57,494 nucleotides of DNA, from positions 1-57,494 of the IMG/VR virus record IMGVR_UViG_3300049032_000056; one strand, written 5' to 3'. The position numbers and the translations under genes are program-made. Positions 17,789-29,792 of the stretch are shown piece by piece. This DNA is from a virus (lineage: Duplodnaviria; Caudoviricetes). The notes under the pieces were generated by a model. It saw only the letters and a program-made list of their open reading frames with translations. It was not told the origin of the DNA and did no database searches. Position 1 is the first letter of the stretch. Every line of letters begins with the position of its first letter.

Positions 17789-19372
17789 ATGGGAAGGCTA
17801 AAAATAAGGGAATTGACTACAAACCTGCCTTACAGCGTAAAAGTAACGCCGATTGGGAGCGAGACTATTTTGCACTCGGCAACGGGAATAAATGACGCAG
17901 AGTATGAAATACCTGACTTCGTTTCTGATTCGCTCACTAATTTTCGCGTAACGACAACAGGCAGTCAGGGCAATATACATTACCAGGATATTGACGCAGG
18001 CACATTTAAGCACCTTAAAAAATTCCATTTCGGCCCTTCTATTGCTAACGGGAATTTCGAGAACCACCTTGCCGCAATTGCGCAGGCGGCGGCCAACAAT
18101 TGCACGTATGCAGGAACTGTTTATGAACGCGAAGATATTCAAAACGACGCGGCTTTAAATGCTCTTGATTCCATTGTATTCGACCACACTGTTGCTCCTG
18201 CTGGCGGGGTGTACCTTAAAGGGTTTGATGAAGTGGTCAGAGAAGCTTATTTGGCTGGCGTAGCACTACGCGTAGGATTGCATCAGGCACTGGAAGACAC
18301 TAACCTCAATAATGGATCGGACAGGACATTGTTTTATGGGGATAGTGCGCTCAGTAAAAGGCCGGATGGGACTAATACCTATATGGAAGAAACCGGGCCT
18401 GTACCGTCACGCATGATACCTTCTTATGCGTCTTCGGAGTTCAGGGCTTTTTCCAGGAACTTTGTAACGAAGTGGTTTAAGAGGTATTTACCTGCTATCA
18501 ACGACGGAACTATATTGTGTGTAGGCCTTTTGATGGGGGCAACCGGAGAGTCGGAATATGTTTTTAGTACCAGGGATGCAGACGGCAATGACATGGGGGC
18601 TAGTCAAGGCGATTTTAATGCTGAGATGATTGCTAAGTTTAAGGCTAGATTTACCCAGTTTGCCAGCAAGAATAATTCAGAGATTGCGAATGCGGCCAGT
18701 GGAAGTGATCTGGGTCTTAAATACGCATGGTTCCTTTCGGATGTAATGCGCGAGTATGAATGGTATATCATCAATTCAGTTATTGCCGACGTTCCGGGAT
18801 TGACGCGTAGTAAGTGGTTTCAAATCGATAGCGGGTCTTTTACAGATGCACTAACACCACGAAGAAGGACGTTCAATTTATGGGAGAGGATACACCCGGC
18901 GACGCTTGTCCTTAAAAGCAATGATAATACCGGATACTCGGACAATAGGCTCCGATTTATTGCCGCTTTCCTTGCGTCCTGCGTGAGAAAGTACGGAGGA
19001 ATAGGCATTATAGAGCCGTCGCCTATGGCCGGAGACTTTACGCCGGGAGGCGGCAACCGGCCATATATACAAAGCACAATCAACATCAACAATGAATATG
19101 GAATAGGCGAATCCTTTGTGAATGTTGAAGAGGAGGTTGTGGACTGGATGATTTCGGTCGGAGGGCTTGCAACTATTGGTGTGCCTAACTATATCAATGA
19201 GTTTAGGACTGTAAACGGGAAAAAGGTTCTCAATAGGTTTACTTATAACCTGTCGAGTGTGCTGTCTGCCGGGGATATTCAGCCCATGATTACAGCTTAC
19301 TACGCGTATCTGTCCGCAAATGGTATTACGCAGGCCGATATCCGTCTTATAGACGATATTAAACCATCATAA
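17789..19372 (+). CDS. Putative glycoside hydrolase-like (TIM-barrel) tail-associated protein
   Basis: True start is probably MGRLKIRE at 17789; VGLLMGATGESEY resembles the beta-amylase (GH14) VG.GPAGELRY motif. Confidence 0.55.
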   Translation: MGRLKIRELTTNLPYSVKVTPIGSETILHSATGINDAEYEIPDFVSDSLTNFRVTTTGSQGNIHYQDIDAGTFKHLKKFHFGPSIANGNFENHLAAIAQAAANNCTYAGTVYEREDIQNDAALNALDSIVFDHTVAPAGGVYLKGFDEVVREAYLAGVALRVGLHQALEDTNLNNGSDRTLFYGDSALSKRPDGTNTYMEETGPVPSRMIPSYASSEFRAFSRNFVTKWFKRYLPAINDGTILCVGLLMGATGESEYVFSTRDADGNDMGASQGDFNAEMIAKFKARFTQFASKNNSEIANAASGSDLGLKYAWFLSDVMREYEWYIINSVIADVPGLTRSKWFQIDSGSFTDALTPRRRTFNLWERIHPATLVLKSNDNTGYSDNRLRFIAAFLASCVRKYGGIGIIEPSPMAGDFTPGGGNRPYIQSTININNEYGIGESFVNVEEEVVDWMISVGGLATIGVPNYINEFRTVNGKKVLNRFTYNLSSVLSAGDIQPMITAYYAYLSANGITQADIRLIDDIKPS

Positions 19373-19441
19373 AAAGGTAAGCATTTGGTTTACATAGCGA
19401 AAATTATTTCATTTGATTATTAACGAAAATCTTATAACGAC

Positions 19442-19990
19442 ATGGCAAACGAATGGTGTAATACAAATTGTCCTGCTGACTGTGATGATATTCTCGTAGT
19501 TATCCCTGAATTCGGCTGCGAGGCTCCGAACGACGAGCCGATTACGGAGATATTCTTTTCCAGGGCGGCGCTAGTCAGTGGAAACCTGACAGAGTGGAAT
19601 GCGCGGCTTTCTAATAGTTCGACCGATTCCGGCACAGCGATACGTAGCATTGGTGATATTATCGCCTCATTGCCACGTGTAGAGCCCACGTTCAAGACTA
19701 CGCCGCGTGGTAGTGCTTTGCCTCAATTGGTGGACTGGGTGATAACTTTTCCTATCATGGATGACAAGGACGCTGTTTTCAACTATCTGAAACAGTTCCA
19801 GTGCGGGTTGAAGGCTTATTTCTGGTTTCGTTCCGGCGGACACATCTACGGGGATCTAAGCGGTATTGAGGCTACGCTGATTGCTACTTACGAGATCAAT
19901 CCTGATTCTGACTCAATGGCCCACAACTGGCAATTGCAAGTCCGGTGGAGAGCTAAATGTTTCCCTTCTCGTGTTGCAGCGGTCATATGA
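19442..19990 (+). CDS. Probable major tail tube protein
   Basis: 182 aa, beta-rich, Cys-rich N-terminus; no other tube candidate lies upstream of the chaperone. Confidence 0.55.
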   Translation: MANEWCNTNCPADCDDILVVIPEFGCEAPNDEPITEIFFSRAALVSGNLTEWNARLSNSSTDSGTAIRSIGDIIASLPRVEPTFKTTPRGSALPQLVDWVITFPIMDDKDAVFNYLKQFQCGLKAYFWFRSGGHIYGDLSGIEATLIATYEINPDSDSMAHNWQLQVRWRAKCFPSRVAAVI

Positions 19991-20418
19991 TCCGCCTGTT
20001 GCTATTGTCGCTACTGCTACTGACTGCTTGCCGGACTATTCAAAAGGCAAGCAGTAGTAGTAATACGGCTCAAATGGAAGCAGAAAGCAATAAATACAGT
20101 CGGGAGACAGTAACCGAGTACATTGTAAGGGATACGGCAACCGGTAAGCCGGTAATAGTCAATGTAATGCCTGCCCAATCCGGGCAAATTTCTACGCAAC
20201 AGCCCTTAATAATCACACAAAAGGAGCCTTACATTATCCGGCAGACAATACGTGAAACCGGGGAGCAGCAGATTGTAAAGGCGGAACAATCCCAAACTGA
20301 AACGAAAGAAAAAGAGGCCGGTGTACCTATATTACTGCAATGGGCGGCCATAATCATAGCGATTGCCATACTTTGTATTGCCGTTGTTATGGTGATAAAG
20401 ACAGTATTTCACCGCTAA
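19987..20418 (+). CDS. Lipoprotein with C-terminal TM, unimolecular spanin-like
   Basis: MIRLLLLSLLLLTA-C lipobox plus a C-terminal hydrophobic helix; sits in the lysis cassette. Confidence 0.7.
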   Translation: MIRLLLLSLLLLTACRTIQKASSSSNTAQMEAESNKYSRETVTEYIVRDTATGKPVIVNVMPAQSGQISTQQPLIITQKEPYIIRQTIRETGEQQIVKAEQSQTETKEKEAGVPILLQWAAIIIAIAILCIAVVMVIKTVFHR

Positions 20419-20472
20419 GTAGATTCTTTTGCAATTAGCACGGAATTTGCTGTTTTTCGATAACCCACCGAC

Positions 20473-20925
20473 ATGAGCAATTTTAACGACCAGGGCGCAG
20501 GAGATGAGGTTAAGCAAGGCAAGTATGCGAATGCTTTAATTTTGTTCCTAATGTCGGCATTGATATCGGTAGCCGGTTATTTTGCTTACCAAGCCTCTCA
20601 AAGGCGAGTAGAATTTGAGCAGGCGCAGTTACGACACGAAAAGGCAGAGGCTAAGAGAACTGAGCGGGAAGACAAAATACGCGATTTATACCAAACCAAG
20701 CTAGACGAGAGAGAGCGTTACCACGAGAGCCGATACCTACTTTTGCAAACAAAGATTGACAGCATAAGGGATAATATTATTGCCGAAATGAAAATGGGTA
20801 GGGTTAAGTCCGAAGTGCTTGCTACGCAAAGCAAGAAAACTGCTCAGTCTGTGCAGGCAGAAGTCAAGAAAACTACCGCCGCCGCAAAAGAATTTGATTC
20901 GGTATCAAAAAGTATAACTCAATGA
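20473..20925 (+). CDS. Single-TM coiled-coil protein, holin candidate
   Basis: N-terminal TM followed by a charged coiled coil; upstream of the endolysin. Confidence 0.5.
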   Translation: MSNFNDQGAGDEVKQGKYANALILFLMSALISVAGYFAYQASQRRVEFEQAQLRHEKAEAKRTEREDKIRDLYQTKLDERERYHESRYLLLQTKIDSIRDNIIAEMKMGRVKSEVLATQSKKTAQSVQAEVKKTTAAAKEFDSVSKSITQ

Positions 20926-21410
20926 AAGCCTACTTAAAATTATCAATCGCTTGCGTGTTGTTCTCTGTGACCATGATGGCCTTTGTCATGCAGGAGCCGC
21001 AGCAAGAGCCTATCCAGGATGAGGAGAAGAAGGTAAAGCCATTGCAGCTCCCAGCTTCTTCCAAGTCAGACGATATTGTAGAAAATCTTAATGCCCTCAA
21101 AAAAGAGCTGGCAGACGAGCGACGTAAAAATGACAGCGTTAATACTGTTCGTCAATCAAACTTAAACAGGACTGAAAAAAGCCTTGTAGATCTTCGCAAA
21201 GCAAACGAGCAGTATCGCAAGTCTCTGAGTAGGCTTCGATTTATACTTGAAAAATTTCCTCCTGATAGCGTTATGAAGTATTACGGCGAATACACAGAGC
21301 CGGATACTTCAACGGTGGGTGATTCAAAAAAAAAAACTGAGCACGCCCAAGTAACCGCCCCTGTAAAAAAAAGGTCGTTTTTTCAGCGATTGTTCAAGAG
21401 AAACAAGTAA
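20922..21410 (+). CDS. N-terminal TM/signal peptide coiled-coil lysis-region protein
   Basis: Hydrophobic N-terminus, coiled coil, basic amphipathic tail RSFFQRLF. Confidence 0.55.
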   Translation: MKAYLKLSIACVLFSVTMMAFVMQEPQQEPIQDEEKKVKPLQLPASSKSDDIVENLNALKKELADERRKNDSVNTVRQSNLNRTEKSLVDLRKANEQYRKSLSRLRFILEKFPPDSVMKYYGEYTEPDTSTVGDSKKKTEHAQVTAPVKKRSFFQRLFKRNK

Positions 21411-21422
21411 TGGTATACCCTT

Positions 21423-21941
21423 ATGAGCTTTGAAGAAATACTCAAAATAGTAGGCATTGCAGAGGGTGGGTTTTCAACAGATAGAAGTGATCGCGGGAAT
21501 TGGTCGACGGGAAAGGTAGGCGTTGGAGTATTTAAAGGGTCTAAGTTTGGCATTTCAGGCATGTCGTACCCAAATTTGGACATTCAAAACCTAACATGGG
21601 AGCAAGCGCAGGAAATCTATCTGACTGACTTTTGGATGAAATACAAAATACACCTTGTGAACCCCGCAATCCAACTTTTTTTATTTGACTCAATTGTTAA
21701 CCACGGCCCATCGGGAGGAATTAAGCTATTGCAGGCAGCGGCAGGTGTAGCGCAAGATGGGGTTATAGGAGATCAAACAATAAGAGCATCAATGAAAGTA
21801 ACCCCGTGGGATTTTGCTCGCGTCAGGAGTGATTATTTCGTCACTATAACGCAGAACGGCACCAATGATGATAACGACCGAAGGCAATTGAAAGGCTGGC
21901 TTCGCCGGAACCTAAATATCCTTCACGAGTCTATATCCTAA
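21423..21941 (+). CDS. Endolysin, glycosyl hydrolase family 108
   Basis: EGGFS.D..DRGNW...SKFGIS, LFDS.VNHG, DG.IG.QT and GW.RR motifs. Confidence 0.92.
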   Translation: MSFEEILKIVGIAEGGFSTDRSDRGNWSTGKVGVGVFKGSKFGISGMSYPNLDIQNLTWEQAQEIYLTDFWMKYKIHLVNPAIQLFLFDSIVNHGPSGGIKLLQAAAGVAQDGVIGDQTIRASMKVTPWDFARVRSDYFVTITQNGTNDDNDRRQLKGWLRRNLNILHESIS

Positions 21942-21995
21942 AAAATTTTTCATTTTCGGCAATTTTCGCGTTTTTTAGAAAAAAAGCGTAAGAAT

Positions 21996-22306
21996 ATGCC
22001 CAACATTGAGACAGATATCCCTTGCGAACCCTGGACGCATAAAAAAATAGACAACGTATACCTCGTTATGGAGATATATAAGGAGGACGGCACGCCGTTG
22101 GATTTAACTGGAATGACCCCATTATGGGATATTTCAGACTCCGACGGCGTTCTTGTTTCCATTGAGCCCACCATTGATGGGGATGAGATTATTATCTCTG
22201 AACCGGCGACAAGTTTCGCCTCTATGCCTCTTATCGGCAACTATACGCACAGGCTACACGATACAACTACAAATCAAACCCTCGTAGAAGGTAAATTTAC
22301 ACTCGT

Positions 22307-22310
<4 letters not shown>
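21996..22310 (+). CDS. Tail fibre adaptor / BppU-like N-terminal domain protein
   Basis: DGTPLDLTG motif and C-terminal TLVEGKFTL; precedes the fibre gene. Confidence 0.55.
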
Positions 22311-24847
<2,537 letters not shown>

Positions 24848-24850
24848 GAT

Positions 24851-25660
24851 ATGCCTAGTACTATTATTAAGCTTACTTCAAATTTGGCCGTTGCAACTGG
24901 TGTTAAACTAAAAACACACCCGTTAGATTTCGCGCAATTCACTATTCGTCACGACTGGTCAAAAACCGAAACGTATCCAGCACAGGCGAATCCTGCGCCA
25001 CAAGGAACAGAATTTGTCAATTTAGCGACAGGGGTGTTGTCAGGAGAAGGGTTTAGGGCTTTTCTTGCCTCTGTTCCGTTCGCTAACAAGTCGGTTACGC
25101 TTGTTCCAGGCTCAAACAGACTTATTTATGGGTCAGAGTCGGCACCATTCCCTGTACTTGGTATTGGTGGATCTACAACAGATGTTCTTATAACTATGTA
25201 TGTAAAGATAGCCGACACAACCGGGGTTAAGAATCTATTGCATCATATTTCCACAGTAGCGGGTACAGATTTACAGAAGTCTCAATTCCTAATTTCATAC
25301 GGAAATGTCAAGGATGTGCTTGATTTTTATGCAATTGGTGGCGCAAGAGGAACGGTTGCATTTACTCCCGGAGTGTGGATGCACCTGGCATTTTACATCC
25401 GTTGTAATGGATATAACGGCAAAGTTGGGCAGGTTAAAATATACAAAAATGGCGTAGCTGTAACAACTGTTAACACTGGAATACCGAACGCTTTTTTTGC
25501 TAGCGACAACACCATCCCTCTTTATCTTTCGCGAGATAATACAGGATCATTCCAGGTAGGTCAATTCAATTTTGGGATAGGCTTGGATGCGGCAGGACTA
25601 AATCCTGACACGCTTGTCGCTAACGATTATACTTATAGTAGCCAAGTGTGGACGGTATAG
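24851..25660 (+). CDS. Concanavalin A/LamG-like domain protein (fibre accessory)
   Basis: GVWMHLAF...VKIYKNGV LamG-type motif. Confidence 0.65.
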   Translation: MPSTIIKLTSNLAVATGVKLKTHPLDFAQFTIRHDWSKTETYPAQANPAPQGTEFVNLATGVLSGEGFRAFLASVPFANKSVTLVPGSNRLIYGSESAPFPVLGIGGSTTDVLITMYVKIADTTGVKNLLHHISTVAGTDLQKSQFLISYGNVKDVLDFYAIGGARGTVAFTPGVWMHLAFYIRCNGYNGKVGQVKIYKNGVAVTTVNTGIPNAFFASDNTIPLYLSRDNTGSFQVGQFNFGIGLDAAGLNPDTLVANDYTYSSQVWTV

Positions 25661-25690
25661 AAAAGGGAGCTCTCGGGCTCCCTTGCTTTT
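25661..25690. terminator. Bidirectional intrinsic terminator at the convergence of the two genome arms
   Basis: AAGGGAGCT-ctc-GGGCTCCCTT-type hairpin flanked by A and T runs. Confidence 0.8.
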
Positions 25691-25820
25691 ATATCCAGTC
25701 CTGCTCATCTTCATCCGGTCTTTTTTCGGGGTACATCCCCAAAAACCACATCAGGAATATGAACGGCGAGATAAGGGCAATAAAGGCTACTTCTCCTGCT
25801 TTTTTCATAAAGGTTTTCAT
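25689..25820 (-). CDS. Small single-TM protein, 43 aa, not in the ORF track
   Basis: MKTFMKKAGEVAFIALISPFIFLMWFLGMYPEKRPDEDEQDWI. Confidence 0.55.
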   Translation of the reverse strand: MKTFMKKAGEVAFIALISPFIFLMWFLGMYPEKRPDEDEQDWI

Positions 25821-25824
25821 ATAA

Positions 25825-26166
25825 TTAGTGGGTTAAGTTGGTTACACCTTCTTTCCTTAGTCCCTGCGCTGACCACCGGAGGCCTAATTCATCTATCACC
25901 GCCTGGCAATTGGGTATCATCCTTCGTGATTTTCCTTCGTAGGTCACATCGATAAATAGCTTTTGTGCCTGCTATTCTGTAATGGGAATGTTATCGGTAG
26001 AGTCGTGGTATCCCGGCACATAACCGTTATAAATTCCAGACATTTCTTGCGAGAGCGCATATCCTGCATCATCGGATGCCCACAAACAAATAAACTTGTC
26101 GGTCTTTTTGGTGTGGCTCAAACTTACTACTCGGTATCTCTGGTGGGTGTTTATTGGTTTGTTCAT
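25825..26166 (-). pseudogene. Paralog of 45140..45478 interrupted by an in-frame TAG at 25972-25974
   Basis: Similarity continues past the stop: TE*QAQKLFIDVTYEGKSRRMIPNCQAV vs TEEKAESLFIKVDYEGKEKHMIPNCKAV. Confidence 0.85.
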
Positions 26167-26176
26167 GGTTGATGGG

Positions 26177-26389
26177 TTATATTTCTTTGTCGTAAGCCCA
26201 ATGTGTCGGTCGGTAGTAAACGTACATTCCGTCACTGCAAAAATATAGGCTACCTTTTCTGGTTAACACCTGCTCATTCCTAACCCCGTCTCGGTCGTCA
26301 ATTTTAGTCAACACAGGCACGTTTTCGGGAGGAATAGTGCTGTCTATCCTTTCCCACCTTATGCTTCTTAATACTTCGCTCGTTTTCAT
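26177..26389 (-). CDS. DUF551-like small protein
   Basis: W......PP.NVPVL...PTHW motif; probable start MKTSEV. Confidence 0.6.
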   Translation of the reverse strand: MKTSEVLRSIRWERIDSTIPPENVPVLTKIDDRDGVRNEQVLTRKGSLYFCSDGMYVYYRPTHWAYDKEI

Positions 26390-26625
26390 TGCTTGTTCTC
26401 GTTTTGATTTGCATATTTCCACTCTAACGGGACTTGGTATACGCGTTGTGTCCAATCGGGAAAGAACCAATACTCCCCCTTCCTTCGTAAAATCAGCGGC
26501 TCGGTAAAGCCGTTCCACAGGTTGTGACTGCGCGTTAATACTTCTCTAATTTCAGTTGGCAGTGCTTTACTGGTTGAAGTCCAATCAATGCCGTATTCTT
26601 GTTGTGGGTTATTTTTCTTTCTCAT
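26386..26625 (-). CDS. DUF551-like small protein
   Basis: WTSTSKALP...EVL...PLEWKY; ATGA-coupled. Confidence 0.55.
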   Translation of the reverse strand: MRKKNNPQQEYGIDWTSTSKALPTEIREVLTRSHNLWNGFTEPLILRRKGEYWFFPDWTQRVYQVPLEWKYANQNENKQ

Positions 26626-26630
26626 GTGGG

Positions 26631-26906
26631 TTATAGTCCTAATGCCTCCCTCTCTTCATCAGTTAGTTTCTCGATAGCCGATTGGCGCGCACGAACTTTA
26701 CTGTTTGCCATGTATTCTTCAAAGCTATCATAGATGATCAACTCCTTATTTACTGGTGTAGGAGATCCGTACCACTTCTTGTTTTTTATGCAGTAATCAC
26801 AAGCCTTTTGAGCATCAGGCAGATTATAAAACAAACCAACTGGCCTTATTGTTGAGCCTTCGTCTTCAAGAGTAACATCATAATAACTTAGTTGCACTGT
26901 TTTCAT
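26631..26906 (-). CDS. Hypothetical phage protein
   Basis: Ends in A.EKLTDEEREALGL, a common phage C-terminus. Confidence 0.7.
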   Translation of the reverse strand: MKTVQLSYYDVTLEDEGSTIRPVGLFYNLPDAQKACDYCIKNKKWYGSPTPVNKELIIYDSFEEYMANSKVRARQSAIEKLTDEEREALGL

Positions 26907-27094
26907 ATCTTCCCAAGTTTTAAAAGCCTCGTTCTTACATCGTCAAGCTCTTTAAGTAGCTCCGCCTCACGTACCGTCAGCGATTCGCCGACATTGGTTT
27001 TAACTGCACGGATGATCTCGGCAGCGTCGTAATTCTGTTCAATAATCGTTTTGACAACGATATCCGCGTATTGCGTAGAGGTTAGTGTACTCAT
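26903..27094 (-). CDS. Hypothetical protein
   Basis: Coupled ORF within the operon. Confidence 0.6.
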   Translation of the reverse strand: MSTLTSTQYADIVVKTIIEQNYDAAEIIRAVKTNVGESLTVREAELLKELDDVRTRLLKLGKI

Positions 27095-27106
27095 GTTTGT
27101 GTTTAT

Positions 27107-27307
27107 TTATTCTCTAAAATGTGAGCAAATCGGCTCGTGATCGTCCTCTGACTCAATATACCCGCATGTTGCACACCATATTTCGGGGTAAACATCAGCG
27201 TCACAGCACGTACACGCAAACTCTTCCGGTGTTCCAGCGAAAATGATATCGTCAATATCGCCGCCGCAGTGACAGCTCGTTTTGCAATGGGGGCATTCGT
27301 GGGCCAT
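27107..27307 (-). CDS. Cys/His-rich putative metal-binding protein
   Basis: CPHC, CHC, CTCC and CATC motifs in 66 aa. Confidence 0.65.
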   Translation of the reverse strand: MAHECPHCKTSCHCGGDIDDIIFAGTPEEFACTCCDADVYPEIWCATCGYIESEDDHEPICSHFRE

Positions 27308-27331
27308 AGGGGTGGGCTTTGTTAAGGTGAT

Positions 27332-27556
27332 TTATTGATGTGTTGCGAAATACCTTGCGTTCAGGTGTTCGATAAGTTTAACCTTCAAATCCATTCGGAG
27401 GCCGGTGACGAACTGAACCAGATTTTGATCGAAATCCCATTCAAACATTCCGAATAGCTGCGATCCCTCATCGTCTCCGTATATATCGCAAAAAGCTTCT
27501 TCGTCGAGTGATTTGGACGCTTTATCCAGGATACTGAATGTTTCCGCTGTTAGCAT
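27332..27556 (-). CDS. Hypothetical protein
   Basis: Operon-consistent ORF. Confidence 0.6.
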   Translation of the reverse strand: MLTAETFSILDKASKSLDEEAFCDIYGDDEGSQLFGMFEWDFDQNLVQFVTGLRMDLKVKLIEHLNARYFATHQ

Positions 27557-27593
27557 GGGTTCGACTCGTTTAAGGATTTGCCAGTATAGGACT

Positions 27594-27776
27594 CTAAGAT
27601 TTATTTTTCAATATCTGTATAATAGCAGCCACATGAAGAGAGAACATTGAGCACGTAAACAACAGAGCATATCCACTTACTTTCTCCTGATCTTTGATTA
27701 GCATCACTGTCACAAAAAAAGATAAAGACGCTCCTAGCACAAGCCAAGAGATTTTTATAAATTCTAAAAATTTCAT
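27594..27776 (-). CDS. Small two-TM protein
   Basis: Two hydrophobic segments. Confidence 0.55.
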   Translation of the reverse strand: MKFLEFIKISWLVLGASLSFFVTVMLIKDQEKVSGYALLFTCSMFSLHVAAIIQILKNKS

Positions 27777-28003
27777 GATTTCGCAAGGATTGGTAGGAAA
27801 ATAATCGCAGCACAGAAAAGAAGGAACAGAAAGAAGGCAGTAAAAACCTCTTTAAGGCCCTGTTTTTGCGTGTTATAGGCGTTGTAAATCTTTTCGGCTA
27901 TCCATAGTGGCGAACAGACAATAAACGTCACCACGCCAGAAATTGCAATAGCTCCAATAAGCCAACATTGCAACACTCTCTCGAATAAAGTTTCAGCTTT
28001 CAT
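27773..28003 (-). CDS. Small two-TM protein
   Basis: Probable start MKAETL; two hydrophobic segments. Confidence 0.55.
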   Translation of the reverse strand: MKAETLFERVLQCWLIGAIAISGVVTFIVCSPLWIAEKIYNAYNTQKQGLKEVFTAFFLFLLFCAAIIFLPILAKS

Positions 28004-28187
28004 CTTGATATTGGGGGTTAAAATGAATAATGAATGTACTCTTGTTGCTACCGGCAATTTCTTCCACCCTCACCACGCCTTTCATGCTTCTTTTTCCTTC
28101 TATCAGAGCCTTCAATGCCTGGTAGACTGCCTGCCTGCTGACTCCGATTCTTTTCGCGTATGCCGGGATGGTTAATTTCTCTATCAT
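27993..28187 (-). CDS. Small HTH DNA-binding protein
   Basis: LTIPAYAKRIGVSRQAVYQ helix-turn-helix. Confidence 0.8.
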   Translation of the reverse strand: MIEKLTIPAYAKRIGVSRQAVYQALKALIEGKRSMKGVVRVEEIAGSNKSTFIIHFNPQYQDES

Positions 28188-28251
28188 GGATGTAAATGTA
28201 TGTGATTGGTTTACTAATGTCAAGTAAGGCGGCGTATTTATTTTTAAAAAT

Positions 28252-28283
28252 AAAAAGAGCCGGATCACTGACCCGGACTCTCT
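28252..28283 (-). terminator. Intrinsic terminator after the resolvase gene
   Basis: GC-rich hairpin followed by a U-tract on the minus strand. Confidence 0.65.
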
Positions 28284-28300
28284 GATTATCCTAACCTCTC

Positions 28301-28762
28301 TTATCTGAATGTGTATGCCAGGAGCGCCGCATCCTTCTCGTCATCTGATATTTTCTTGCCGATTCCAGTTAGCTTGTAAAAGTGTTCGCGTCCAGCCGGT
28401 GTCCAGCCGTTGTTATTCTTCATAAACCCCTTCCGAAGCGGGGCGACCTCCAAAACCTCAAAGCCCATTTTTTTAAGTATACGAGCTGCGATCTTTGATG
28501 CCGCATGGTTCATACCTACATGCATAGCAATAGTCTCCGAAACTGCCGATTTGCGACCACGACGAAAATTAGCCTTCTCGTTCTTCCAGCCAGCTTCAAC
28601 ATAAAAAACAACATTTGACTTGTCAACATGGAATAGCTTTTCATAAAATCCCTCTATTGCTAATTTTGAAATATCAACCCATCTCGACTCCTGTCTATCC
28701 CATATCGCGAATCCGCAAGCATCAATGTCCGCATCGATGCCGCCTACATATCGATGCTTCAC
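28301..28762 (-). CDS. RuvC-like Holliday junction resolvase
   Basis: GGIDAD...GFAIW, YVE and terminal D.KDAALLA RNase H-fold motifs. Confidence 0.7.
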   Translation of the reverse strand: MKHRYVGGIDADIDACGFAIWDRQESRWVDISKLAIEGFYEKLFHVDKSNVVFYVEAGWKNEKANFRRGRKSAVSETIAMHVGMNHAASKIAARILKKMGFEVLEVAPLRKGFMKNNNGWTPAGREHFYKLTGIGKKISDDEKDAALLAYTFR

Positions 28763-29430
28763 TCCTCAATCAGTTCACCTTCTATTTCTTCGCCTTCCGA
28801 TTCCCACGCTTCCGAAAACTCGCGGTGAGCAAACATTTCAGCCAGGCCGGATATTTGGCCCAATCTCAACACTTCGTCAGCGTCCATACCTAAGTTCTTT
28901 GCAATTTTCTCATCTGACCAGTTGCGTTTTTTTAAGTCCAAAACAATGTCAGACATTTTATCAACCGCGTGTGTTCCTCTGGCTCGGTTGTGCCTGATAG
29001 TACTGCTCATCCTGTCCCCTAAATCTTGCCGATCAGAGTTTATCGTAACCACAGGAAGATAGCCATGAATCCGCGCCTGAATGTCTGTATCAAACTTGCC
29101 TACTTTGTGCCTATGAAAACCATCAATTACCTCGCGCATATCGTCTGAAGGGTCAACCATAGACACAATAGGCTGTGTGTATCCATCCGCCGAAATAGAC
29201 AACTTCAAAAGCTCCATCTCTTTGACATGAACATGATTAGGATTGTACTGGTTAGCCTTCACCGTATCGTTTCTAACCCACTGAACTAGGTCTACCGGTT
29301 CTGTCTTAAAAGGACTGGCATGATGCAGCTCTTTTCTTATGTAGTTCAGGGCGTCTACCTTGTCTGGCAAGTACATTTGTTCTAAATGAAGTGTTAGTTC
29401 TGCCGTCAATTGTTTGATTAACTCGTTCAT
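28759..29430 (-). CDS. ibrB: ParB/Srx-domain protein, IbrB/YbdM-like
   Basis: EPVD.V.WV, AN.YNPN.V, DGYTQPIV, VIDGFHR, STIRHNRARG.H and C-terminal HTH. Confidence 0.88.
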   Translation of the reverse strand: MNELIKQLTAELTLHLEQMYLPDKVDALNYIRKELHHASPFKTEPVDLVQWVRNDTVKANQYNPNHVHVKEMELLKLSISADGYTQPIVSMVDPSDDMREVIDGFHRHKVGKFDTDIQARIHGYLPVVTINSDRQDLGDRMSSTIRHNRARGTHAVDKMSDIVLDLKKRNWSDEKIAKNLGMDADEVLRLGQISGLAEMFAHREFSEAWESEGEEIEGELIEE

Positions 29431-29792
29431 TCCCGTTTCATTTTGAAGTAATTGATAAATTCTTTTGTGGCCTTAAATCCAGCCTTCTCAAATAATGACT
29501 TTGATTTTTTTGTGGCAGTGGTTGAGAATTCCCCGGACGGGAGCATTGATAATAGCATAGAGCCTACGCCAAACTTGCGAAACGGAAAGAATACATACAG
29601 GTATTTGACCTTTTTACTGTATGGGTTCCAACAAATGAAGCCTCTTTGTTTCTCGTCAAAAATCCAGGTATCACCTATTTCAACGAAAAGCGATTCACCT
29701 AACTCTTTTACTACTTCCCGCCCATTAAATATTAAATAATGGTCGTACATCAACTTTTTTATGTCTTCGGAGGTCTTTATATGATATTCCAT
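29427..29792 (-). CDS. GNAT-family acetyltransferase
   Basis: LYV..PFRKFGVGSMLL (motif A) and S.SLFEKAGF (motif B). Confidence 0.8.
   Translation of the reverse strand: MEYHIKTSEDIKKLMYDHYLIFNGREVVKELGESLFVEIGDTWIFDEKQRGFICWNPYSKKVKYLYVFFPFRKFGVGSMLLSMLPSGEFSTTATKKSKSLFEKAGFKATKEFINYFKMKRE

Noticed and set aside
21326-21336. A11 run as a programmed frameshift or phase-variation site
   Set aside because: Both alternative frames stop within a few codons and the 0-frame reads sensibly to a coupled end.
25972-25974. Genome-wide amber (TAG) reassignment
   Set aside because: Genes are intact under code 11, TAG serves as a real stop elsewhere (double TAG from 6391, before the terminator at 25660, portal end), and no CUA suppressor tRNA is seen.
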